From Sneathiella sp. (GTDB lineage Bacteria; Pseudomonadota; Alphaproteobacteria; Sneathiellales; Sneathiellaceae), in NCBI RefSeq assembly GCF_002706985.1, contig NZ_PAKP01000027.1: 64,000 bases of DNA. One strand, written 5' to 3'. The notes under the pieces are model-generated. The model was not told the origin of the DNA. It did not search any database and saw nothing but the letters and a program-made list of their open reading frames with translations. Made by a program: the position numbers and the translations under genes. Below, in pieces: positions 1-7,980 of this stretch. Each line of letters starts with the position of its first letter. Position 1 is the first letter of the stretch.

Positions 1-2
1 GT

Positions 3-521
3 GCCGATGTTGATCATCACAAATCCCTCGCTGCGGCGGCGGGTGTCGCCCCCATTTTCGAAAGACGCAACGAAAAGGCTGATCTTCTGCAGCTCAACCC
101 CAAGCAGACAGGTGCCACCATGATGGAGTTTGACCACCATAATGGCGGCGATGACATAATGGGGAACTATCACTGGGCAGGCGATGGCTGGCAGGACTAT
201 GTGAGCAAGGATGTCACGGGCGATATCCTCGGGATCGAGATTTGCAGCCCCGGCGCAGAGTCGCGCGCGAAGCTGTGGGGACAGATCTGCGACCGGCCTG
301 TCAAGGCCGCGCCGGGAGGGTTTGAAATCGAGCTGGATTACGGCCTGCTCCATTTCAAAGAGACCCCGGACCGGACGGAGGAACTGTTTACGGCGATTGA
401 TATGACCGCGAAGGATCCAAAGAAAATGCGGGAAAAGGCGAAGGCCACGGGTTGCGCCGTTACAGATGAAGGATTTGATTTTTGCGGCGTGCATTTTCGG
501 CTCTCGCCCGCCGCCGCCTGA
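3..521 (+). CDS. VOC/glyoxalase-like domain protein, 5'-truncated by the window edge
   Basis: The frame of ORF 120..521 stays open back to position 3 (ADVDHHKSLAAAAGVAPIFERR...QLNPKQTGATMMEFD); C-terminal GFDFCGVHFRL resembles glyoxalase-like proteins. Confidence 0.5.
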   Translation, partial: ADVDHHKSLAAAAGVAPIFERRNEKADLLQLNPKQTGATMMEFDHHNGGDDIMGNYHWAGDGWQDYVSKDVTGDILGIEICSPGAESRAKLWGQICDRPVKAAPGGFEIELDYGLLHFKETPDRTEELFTAIDMTAKDPKKMREKAKATGCAVTDEGFDFCGVHFRLSPAAA

Positions 522-582
522 GACTGAAAGAATAATAAAAGGCGCAATGGCGCCACATCTAGTAACCTTGGAAGGGGTTAAA

Positions 583-1065
583 ATGACCGTACTAGACCTT
601 GATAATTTCGAGACCGATTTCTGGAAGGATGTCGACAAGCGAAAAACCTGGGATGAGATCATTCCGGGCGAACTGCGCGACACCCGGCCCGTGACCCTCA
701 GCAAGGAGGTGATTGCCCGCTATGCCAAGGGCGTCGGCGAGGACAACCCGATCTATTTCGATGAGGAATATGCGAAAACGACGCCCTATGGCGGCATTAT
801 CGCGCCCCCGTCCATCCACATCCTGCTGATGTTCGCCTGCACGACGACAGAAGACTGGATGCGTTCCCCCGGGACCATCAATGCCGGACAGAACTGGTCC
901 TATCATGTCCCGATCCGCCCCGGCGATACCATCACCATGCGGGGAACCGCGCTTGATCGCTTCATCCGCAAGGACCGCCTGTTTGCCGTCCATGAAAACA
1001 CATTCACCAACCAGCACGGCCAGGTCGTCTGCACCGGTCGCGGCCAGACCATACGTCCCGCTTGA
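583..1065 (+). CDS. MaoC-like (hot-dog fold) dehydratase subunit
   Basis: EDNPIYFDEEYAKTTPYGGIIAPPS motif; GAAGGGG RBS before ATG 583. Confidence 0.85.
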   Translation: MTVLDLDNFETDFWKDVDKRKTWDEIIPGELRDTRPVTLSKEVIARYAKGVGEDNPIYFDEEYAKTTPYGGIIAPPSIHILLMFACTTTEDWMRSPGTINAGQNWSYHVPIRPGDTITMRGTALDRFIRKDRLFAVHENTFTNQHGQVVCTGRGQTIRPA

Positions 1066-1090
1066 ACCGAACTGGGAAAGGAACAGCATC

Positions 1091-1552
1091 ATGACCGCAA
1101 AAGAAGAGTTCGATAAGGTAAACGAAGGGGACGTCATCACCGGCCGGGAATTCACGGTGACCCGCGACACCATCCAGGCCTTCGCCGACGCATCCCTCGA
1201 CTATAATCCGCTGCATTTCGACGATAACTATATGAAGAACAAGTTCGGAAAGACGCAGTTTGACGGCGTTATCATGCATGGAATGCAGAATTTCGCGCTT
1301 ATTTCACGCACATTGACAGATTGGCTGCTGCCGCGCGGCGGGTTCCACCGGCGGCTGGAAACCCGCTGGCTGAAACCGGTACAGCTCGGCCATACCATTA
1401 CGCCGGTCGCCAGAATTTCGCGAAAGCGTGAGACGGAGAAGGGATATTGGCTGCTTTTCGATATCGAGGTCACCAATCAGGATGGCGATCTGGTGGCCGC
1501 CGGAAATGCCATGGCCGAGTTTCCGGACATTATACCGGGCGCGGCGGCCTAA
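1091..1552 (+). CDS. MaoC family dehydratase
   Basis: DYNPLHFD...GVIMHGM hydratase motif with the catalytic Asp/His. Confidence 0.85.
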   Translation: MTAKEEFDKVNEGDVITGREFTVTRDTIQAFADASLDYNPLHFDDNYMKNKFGKTQFDGVIMHGMQNFALISRTLTDWLLPRGGFHRRLETRWLKPVQLGHTITPVARISRKRETEKGYWLLFDIEVTNQDGDLVAAGNAMAEFPDIIPGAAA

Positions 1553-1573
1553 CGCCCTTCAACCTGAGTTTCC

Positions 1574-1933
1574 TCAGCCCGCGCCCATGTGGGTAAGGAT
1601 GTTCACAAGCCGCCCAAAAGGGTCTTTCACATAAAACCGGCGGACACCCCAGGGTTCGTCCGCCGGACCATAGACAACGGGAATGCCCGCCGCACATATC
1701 TTCTCATAAACCTCGTCCAGGTTATCCACCTCGATCGAGAGGTCTGGCACGTCGGTGCCGGACCCGCCCTCGCTCGCAAAACTGATTTGCGCCAGCGCCT
1801 GTCCGCCGCCGACGTAGGTCTGTATCCAGCCGTGGTCCATCGCAACATCCAGACCCAGAATATCGCCATAAAACGATCTGGCCCGCTGAATATCCTCTGT
1901 CGCAATGTTGGTGACAATCCGTTGTACGGCCAT
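1574..1933 (-). CDS. VOC/glyoxalase/bleomycin-resistance family protein
   Basis: ARSFYGDILGL and DEPWGVRRFYVKDPFGRLVNIL motifs. Confidence 0.9.
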   Translation of the reverse strand: MAVQRIVTNIATEDIQRARSFYGDILGLDVAMDHGWIQTYVGGGQALAQISFASEGGSGTDVPDLSIEVDNLDEVYEKICAAGIPVVYGPADEPWGVRRFYVKDPFGRLVNILTHMGAG

Positions 1934-1938
1934 AGGAA

Positions 1939-2481
1939 TCAGTCCCTGTTATCCGGTTCGCTGATACCCTGTTCTTTCATGACGGCGACCGCCGTGTCAA
2001 ACCCCAATGCCACGGCATCTTCAAGGGGTGAGTTACCGTCGTCAATCCGCGTCGGCCTATGGGGGTCGGCGCCACGCCGGAGGAGGAGCGTGACCGCCTC
2101 GATATCCCGCTGGGCCACGGCATAGTGAAGCGGCGTCCAGTCATTGAATCCGCGTTGACAAACATCGGCACCATGATCGAGGATCAGCGTCATCAGTTCG
2201 TATTTATCCTCGCGATCCGATGCGAGAAGGGTGAAAAGTGGCGGAAAGCCGTCATCATCGCTGTAATTCGCATCCGCGCCGAGACGCAGGAGGTCATAGA
2301 TGAGGCTTTGCGGGCTCCAGCAGAAGGCATATTCCAGCGGGGGCCCGCCACAACCAAGCTCGAAAGGTTGTTCACAGTTGGGAAATCCGGACGGATGCCC
2401 GAGCAACCGGCGCACGCCCTCAAGATCTCCTTCCCGATAGGCCCGGTCCAGCGCCAGGGCTTTTTGATGAACATCAGACAT
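1939..2481 (-). CDS. Ankyrin repeat protein
   Basis: GADVCQRGFNDWTPLHYAV and GNSPLEDAV ankyrin repeats. Confidence 0.9.
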   Translation of the reverse strand: MSDVHQKALALDRAYREGDLEGVRRLLGHPSGFPNCEQPFELGCGGPPLEYAFCWSPQSLIYDLLRLGADANYSDDDGFPPLFTLLASDREDKYELMTLILDHGADVCQRGFNDWTPLHYAVAQRDIEAVTLLLRRGADPHRPTRIDDGNSPLEDAVALGFDTAVAVMKEQGISEPDNRD

Positions 2482-2545
2482 TTTCGCCGCCTAAGGTGAA
2501 ACCGTCTCGGGAAGGACCGGCTCTCCCTCCCTGATTACCGCGATA

Positions 2546-3502
2546 CTACTCCTGCACTGCCGTCGGCGGAGTATAGGTACTGGTAATCACTTCCTTCCAC
2601 GCCATATCCGTCTCAAAATCCGCGGGCTTTGAGACCTTTATCCCGCGCGCCAGCAGATCGCCACAGAAAATCTCCTTGATCAATTCCGTCGTCAGGTCAT
2701 GGCTGTGATCGTCATAGGCTTCCGCCTCCGCCTCATCCCTGAAGCAATATCCCTTCCAGAGGACCGAAAGGCGGACAGTTCCATAGTCGACAAGTGCGAC
2801 TTCCTCGCCCTCGTCGATGACCCGCCAGTGATTGTCCCCGGTCAGTTCAAGTTTCGCATCGTGACCGAGATTGTCATAGCGGTGCTGTTCCGCCTTCGGC
2901 CCGACGCTGCCGACGCGGTGGAACATATATTCGTTATCCGCCAGAACGCTGCAGTTGTTATAGGGTGGCCGCTCGGTTCGGGAGGGTGCGCCCAGCCCGT
3001 CGGGCCAATATTCAAACTCTCCGCCCTCGCCGTCATAGAACCAGGTAATTGCCGAGGCGACGGGAATCGCCCAGTCATGAAACAGGCCGGAATACCCCAT
3101 CGGCGCCAGCATCCAGCTTGGCACCTCCCGGTTCTGCGCACCCCGGAAAAACGGCAGGTCCTGGTGATAGGGAAGGCCTTCCACCGGCAGGTTCAGATTT
3201 GTCATCATCGCGACCGGACGGATAATCTCCGCCTTGAAAGACTTCTTTGCGGCATCGATAAACCGCTGGTTATAAAAATATGGCTCTGCTCCGTCGAAGA
3301 TCACTTTGCCGCCGAGGGCCCAGAAATTGCGGAACCATCCGCCGGATGTCTCGCCCTTCGCACGGTGAACCGCGGAGAGGGTCTTATAGGGGCTTCCCTT
3401 TTTGATCAGATCGACAACACCGTCCGGATCATCGAATGCCGGTTCAAGTCGGACAGGAGGGGCCAGAAGATGCTTGGGGCGGACAGCAAGCGAAACGGTC
3501 AT
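2546..3502 (-). CDS. Hypothetical protein, possible Fe(II)/2-oxoglutarate-type oxygenase
   Basis: 318-aa ORF with YHQDLPF (HxD) and a distal MFHRV His; family not recognised. Confidence 0.5.
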   Translation of the reverse strand: MTVSLAVRPKHLLAPPVRLEPAFDDPDGVVDLIKKGSPYKTLSAVHRAKGETSGGWFRNFWALGGKVIFDGAEPYFYNQRFIDAAKKSFKAEIIRPVAMMTNLNLPVEGLPYHQDLPFFRGAQNREVPSWMLAPMGYSGLFHDWAIPVASAITWFYDGEGGEFEYWPDGLGAPSRTERPPYNNCSVLADNEYMFHRVGSVGPKAEQHRYDNLGHDAKLELTGDNHWRVIDEGEEVALVDYGTVRLSVLWKGYCFRDEAEAEAYDDHSHDLTTELIKEIFCGDLLARGIKVSKPADFETDMAWKEVITSTYTPPTAVQE

Positions 3503-3590
3503 GGGCTTTTCCTTTTTTACGGGTAGTATGCCATAAAGACGCCGCTCCGGTAAAGAACTGCGTCATGCCGATTTAATTCTGAATAAATGT

Positions 3591-4805
3591 CTATTCCGCC
3601 GGGGAAATTGTCGGTACAGCGACCTCACGGCGGACCCGCCCCGGCAGCAGAAGAGCGGCCAGCGAGATCAAGGCGGCGACAATCGCAACAACGGCAATCA
3701 CGCCGGAGAATCCTGCGCCAGATTCCAGAATATACCGCGCCGCCAGAAGGGAGAGCGCGCCGATCACCAGATTGAGCATAAGCTTCACCGCCATGACCTT
3801 CGACCGCCAGGCGTCCGGCACATAGCGCGATATAACCGTATCGGTAATCGGGATCTGACCAAAAACAAAGGCCATCGCGAGCAAGGTCGCGAAGAACAAC
3901 GCATAATTCATCTGCGTCGCCATTATTCCGATCAGGATCGGCTGCGCGAGTGCAATAATAAAGAGCACCGGCTTGATACGGTATTTATCAATCAAACGAC
4001 CGACCACCATCTGCGCGAAGGCCGCAATCGCATATACCAGCGCCGCCAGCAGTCCCGTCGTCGCCACATCCACCGTCACGTCCGGCATGCTGACTTCGAA
4101 CATCCGCGGAATGACGAACGTCATGGTACCAAACACAAATCCGCCCGCCGATGTCACCAGCGATATGGCGAACAGTGCCCGTTTCCAGCCCGGCATGAAG
4201 CCGACGATTTCCTTTTCCCCGGCCGCATGCACCGGCGGTTTCCCGCCGCCGCGCCGGACGAAAATCATGAACCCGATGCCGATGGCAATGGCGACGGTGC
4301 CGGGAATGATGAAGGCCGCCCGCCAGTCATAATCGGCGAGAATGAACCCGGTAATCAGCGGTGCCGCCGCAACCCCCATATTCCCCCACACACCATTGAG
4401 GCCAAGGCGCCAGCCTATTCTGCCGCCCCCCTGAACAACCATGGCAATGCCGACAGGGTGATAGATGGACGCGAACAGCCCGATTGCCGCGAGACCCACG
4501 GCAATCTGTAGCGGATCCTGTGCCAGCCCGGTAGCGATCGCCGAGAGCCCGATGCCGACAAAAAAGACCACGATCATACTGTTGCGGTTCCATTTATCGG
4601 CGATATAAGCGGCAAGCGGCGCGCCCGCGCCGAACAGGACAAGCGAGGGAATGCCATAGGGGATCATCTCCGCATAGGCGCCATCTTCTGCGAGACCAAA
4701 GGAAATGCCCGCGCTAAAGGCCGCCTTGGCGAAAATCAGCATGAACAGATGGTCAACGAAATGACCGACGTTCAGGTAAGTGAATCGTAGCTGCTGACTG
4801 GTCAC
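3591..4805 (-). CDS. MFS transporter
   Basis: About 12 hydrophobic segments; IADKWNRN and GRLIDKYRIK MFS loop motifs. Confidence 0.9.
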   Translation of the reverse strand: MTSQQLRFTYLNVGHFVDHLFMLIFAKAAFSAGISFGLAEDGAYAEMIPYGIPSLVLFGAGAPLAAYIADKWNRNSMIVVFFVGIGLSAIATGLAQDPLQIAVGLAAIGLFASIYHPVGIAMVVQGGGRIGWRLGLNGVWGNMGVAAAPLITGFILADYDWRAAFIIPGTVAIAIGIGFMIFVRRGGGKPPVHAAGEKEIVGFMPGWKRALFAISLVTSAGGFVFGTMTFVIPRMFEVSMPDVTVDVATTGLLAALVYAIAAFAQMVVGRLIDKYRIKPVLFIIALAQPILIGIMATQMNYALFFATLLAMAFVFGQIPITDTVISRYVPDAWRSKVMAVKLMLNLVIGALSLLAARYILESGAGFSGVIAVVAIVAALISLAALLLPGRVRREVAVPTISPAE

Positions 4806-4979
4806 TGGATTGTTCCTGTTATAGCGGCGGCCGGAAGCGGCCTTTTCCGCGCTTTATTATCATTTCAGGTTATCATAAAGGCTTCAAAACTGTCACAGTA
4901 CATTTTATGTCCTGTCGCATTAGATTTTCTAACGAAATTTTTCGCATTGCATTGAGGCCGTAATTCCATATTATGGGGG

Positions 4980-5070
4980 CTGCTCATCGGGGTGCCTTTC
5001 AAGGCTGAGAGACATGAGAAATGTCGACCCGTCGAACCTGATCCGGCTAGAACCGGCGGAGGGAATTGAG
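4980..5070 (+). ncRNA. TPP (thi-box) riboswitch
   Basis: CGGGGTGCC...GGCTGAGA...ACCCGTCGAACCTGATCCGGCTAGAACCGGCGGAGGGA matches the conserved TPP aptamer elements; lies directly upstream of thiM. Confidence 0.95.
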
Positions 5071-5129
5071 GCCGATTCAATCCCACAGAGTTTTCGCGCC
5101 CCTTCCCTCCGATGTGAAACGGAGGAAAA

Positions 5130-5867
5130 ATGCGTGATAATGCGACAGACGAACTGCTAGCGGAGATTGCCCGGCGCAGTCCTGCCGTTCACTGCCTGAC
5201 CAATACGGTCGTCCAGGCACTGACGGCGAATATGCTGCTGGCCGTCGGGGCCATTCCGTCCATGTCCTCCGATATTTCCGAAGTCGCCGATTTTGTCTCC
5301 GGCGCGAATGCCCTTCTGATCAATCTCGGAACACTCGACGGGGATCGTAAATCGGCAATCGAGGCCGCGATAACTGCGGCCAGAAAGAAAAATATTCCCT
5401 GGATTCTCGACCCGGTCCTGATCGACAGGGCGTCAGGGCGCCTCGCCTACGCAAAAGAGCTGATGACACGTCAACCGGCGCTTATTCGCGGAAATAGCGG
5501 GGAAATCAGCGCCCTGAACGCAGATCCACATATCCTCGCCCGGAAAACCCGCGCAATCGTCGCCGTAACCGGCGTTGAAGATCTGATCACCGACGGCCAA
5601 AGCGAAAAAACCGTCACCGGCGGTCATATGCTCATGAGCCGGGTCACCGGCATCGGCTGCGCCGGCACAGCGCTTTTGGGGGCCTGCCTTGCGGCCGCAG
5701 ATCCGTCGGCACGGCTGGAGGCCGTTGCCATCGGCCTGCGCCTTCTTGGCGACGCCGGAGAGAGAGCCGCAAACACATCGAACGGCCCCGGCAGCTTCGC
5801 CGCAGATATCCTCGATGAAGTCTACAAATCAAGCCAATCCAGCCTTCAGGAAAGGAAGGAATCATGA
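5130..5867 (+). CDS. thiM: Hydroxyethylthiazole kinase
   Basis: PAVHCLTNTVV, ANMLLAVGAIPSM, PWILDPV, IRGNSGEI and VTGIGC motifs. Confidence 0.92.
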   Translation: MRDNATDELLAEIARRSPAVHCLTNTVVQALTANMLLAVGAIPSMSSDISEVADFVSGANALLINLGTLDGDRKSAIEAAITAARKKNIPWILDPVLIDRASGRLAYAKELMTRQPALIRGNSGEISALNADPHILARKTRAIVAVTGVEDLITDGQSEKTVTGGHMLMSRVTGIGCAGTALLGACLAAADPSARLEAVAIGLRLLGDAGERAANTSNGPGSFAADILDEVYKSSQSSLQERKES

Positions 5868-6952
5868 CTGAAAAATCCCTGTCCCGACGCAAATTCATGA
5901 TGGCTTCCGGCCTCGGTGTCGCGGGGGCCGGTCTGTTCAGCACTCCGGCCATCTCAAGCGGCGCCCGGCAATGGAAGATGGTGACGTCATGGCCCAAAGG
6001 GGCCCCCGGCGTCGGCGTGACCGCGCAGCGCCTTGCCGACCGGATCACGACCATGAGCGGCGGCAAACTCACCGTTAAACTCTATGCCGCTGGTGAACTC
6101 GTGCCCGCGCTCGAGGTTTTCAGCGCCGTCGGCGGCGGCACCGCCGAGCTTGGCCATACCGCCTCCTTCTTCTGGCAGGGAAAGGCCAAGGCCAGCGTCT
6201 TCTTTACGACGGTACCCTTCGGCCTGACCGCCCTTGAACATATGGCCTGGATCAATCAGGGTGGCGGGCAGGAGCTTTGGGACAAGCTCTACCAACCCTC
6301 TGATATCAAACCATTTATGGCCGGAAATACCGGAATACAGATGGGCGGATGGTTCAAGAAGGGGCTGAACTCCCTTGATGACTTGAGGGGGGTGAAAATC
6401 CGCAGCGCCGGTCTCGGCGGCGAACTGTTCGAGGCCCTCGGCGCCACATCCGTGCTGCTCCCGCCAGGAGATATCTATCCCGGCCTGCAAAACGGCCTGA
6501 TCGACGCCGCGGAGTTTCTCGGCCCCTGGAGCGATCGTGCCTTCGGATTTTACAAGGCGGCCCCCTATTATTACTGGCCCTCCTTCAACAAGCCGAACGG
6601 CAGCGCCGAATGTCTGGTCAACCGCACCGCCTTTGAAGGGTTGAGCGATGACCTCAAGGCGGTGGTGGCCAATGCCTGTCAGTCGGAAAACGCCTTTGGC
6701 CTGTCCGAATCCGATTGGGAAAACGCCCGCGCACTGGATGACCTTATCGAAAACAAGAATGTAAAGGTTCGTCAGTTTCCGGCCGATCTTCTCGCGCGGG
6801 CCCGGGAACTCACACCTGGACTGATCGACAATTTTGTCTCCGGCGATGCCATGGCGGAGGAAATTCTGGCGTCCTACCGGACGGCGGTCTCCCTGTCGAA
6901 GAGCTGGTCCCGGGTCAGCCGCCAACCGTTTTTCGCCGCAAGGGATGCCTAG
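5864..6952 (+). CDS. TRAP transporter substrate-binding protein (DctP/TakP-like) with Tat signal
   Basis: SRRKF Tat motif, WKMVTSWP, GVKIRSAG and DAAEFLGPWSD; ATGA overlap with thiM. Confidence 0.9.
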   Translation: MTEKSLSRRKFMMASGLGVAGAGLFSTPAISSGARQWKMVTSWPKGAPGVGVTAQRLADRITTMSGGKLTVKLYAAGELVPALEVFSAVGGGTAELGHTASFFWQGKAKASVFFTTVPFGLTALEHMAWINQGGGQELWDKLYQPSDIKPFMAGNTGIQMGGWFKKGLNSLDDLRGVKIRSAGLGGELFEALGATSVLLPPGDIYPGLQNGLIDAAEFLGPWSDRAFGFYKAAPYYYWPSFNKPNGSAECLVNRTAFEGLSDDLKAVVANACQSENAFGLSESDWENARALDDLIENKNVKVRQFPADLLARARELTPGLIDNFVSGDAMAEEILASYRTAVSLSKSWSRVSRQPFFAARDA

Positions 6953-6958
6953 ACCCAA

Positions 6959-7008
6959 CCCCACCATTATGGTTAATGAGCGGTTAATATCGCAACCATA
7001 ATGGTGGG
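6959..7008. repeat. 15-bp perfect inverted repeat with a CtrA-like TTAA-N7-TTAA across the loop
   Basis: CCCACCATTATGGTT (6959-6974) / AACCATAATGGTGGG (6994-7008); GTTAATGAGCGGTTAA at 6972-6987. Confidence 0.7.
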
Positions 7009-7137
7009 TTTTATAATTTCTTAGGTGCCAACGCCTACCATTATGGTGTAAAAACGGTCCGTTTCAGCCTTGACCGGCTCGCCCGCCCCCTTCATATTGC
7101 CCGCGGTAAAATTCCCGAAAATGAGCCGGAGTTCCTC

Positions 7138-7980
7138 ATGTCCCTTCAGAACGGCCTGATTATCCTGGGTATCCTGATCGCTCTGGCCGCCATCGCGGGA
7201 TATGCAGGGCTGACCTATTTTTACGGCTCCATATACGATTTCGATCAGTCTAGGGACGGACCGGAAAAATACGGACATGATGACGTAAAGGAAGTCACCT
7301 TTACCGCTGAAGACGGATCAACCATATCCGCCTGGATCAGGCCGCCAGAGGGCGATGCGCCGGTTATTCTATATTTCATGGGGAATTTCACATCGATCGG
7401 ACCATCAATGTTCCGCCTGAAACCCTTTCTCGATGAAGGCCTCGGCCTTGCTGCGCTGGTCTATCGGGGGTCGAGCGGCAAAGGCGGCATTCCGTCCGAA
7501 GAGAGTTTCGCCGCCGACGCCCGCGCCCTGTATGATCAGCTGGACAGCCTGATGGGACAAGAAATCCCGCCAGAACAACGGCTTGCCCATGGTTACAGCC
7601 TGGGAACCGGGATTGCGGTTCGTCTCGCAACGGAACGGAAAATTGCCGCTCTCACGCTGGAGGCCGCATATGCGCGGTTTTGCGACTATTTCACGAACCG
7701 ATACTACGGCCTGCCGTTCTGCATGATCATGACGACAGAAAGATATGATTCCATCGACCGGATAGCGGATATAAATGCCCCCCTCCTGATGCTGCACGGG
7801 GAAAAGGACGCGTCCATCCCCATTAGTTCCGGCAGAACGCTGTTCGCCGCCGCGCAGGAGCCGAAGGAATTCAAAGCCTATCCGGACGGAGACCATGTCA
7901 ATCTCAATAAACTCGGCATTGTCGAAGACAGTCTGGCGTTCTATCAGACCCATATGCCCGGAAGCTGGGTCAACGAGTAA
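7138..7980 (+). CDS. Alpha/beta hydrolase with N-terminal membrane anchor (BEM46/ABHD13-like)
   Basis: HGYSLGTG nucleophile elbow, LMLHGEKDASIP and GDH; 3' end overlaps the PKS 3' end. Confidence 0.85.
   Translation: MSLQNGLIILGILIALAAIAGYAGLTYFYGSIYDFDQSRDGPEKYGHDDVKEVTFTAEDGSTISAWIRPPEGDAPVILYFMGNFTSIGPSMFRLKPFLDEGLGLAALVYRGSSGKGGIPSEESFAADARALYDQLDSLMGQEIPPEQRLAHGYSLGTGIAVRLATERKIAALTLEAAYARFCDYFTNRYYGLPFCMIMTTERYDSIDRIADINAPLLMLHGEKDASIPISSGRTLFAAAQEPKEFKAYPDGDHVNLNKLGIVEDSLAFYQTHMPGSWVNE

Noticed and set aside
5987-6967. Long antisense or shadow ORFs (e.g. 5987-6967, 14852-16201, 19736-21148, 56965-58242)
   Set aside because: They lie opposite well-supported genes in GC-rich DNA and have no recognisable motifs.
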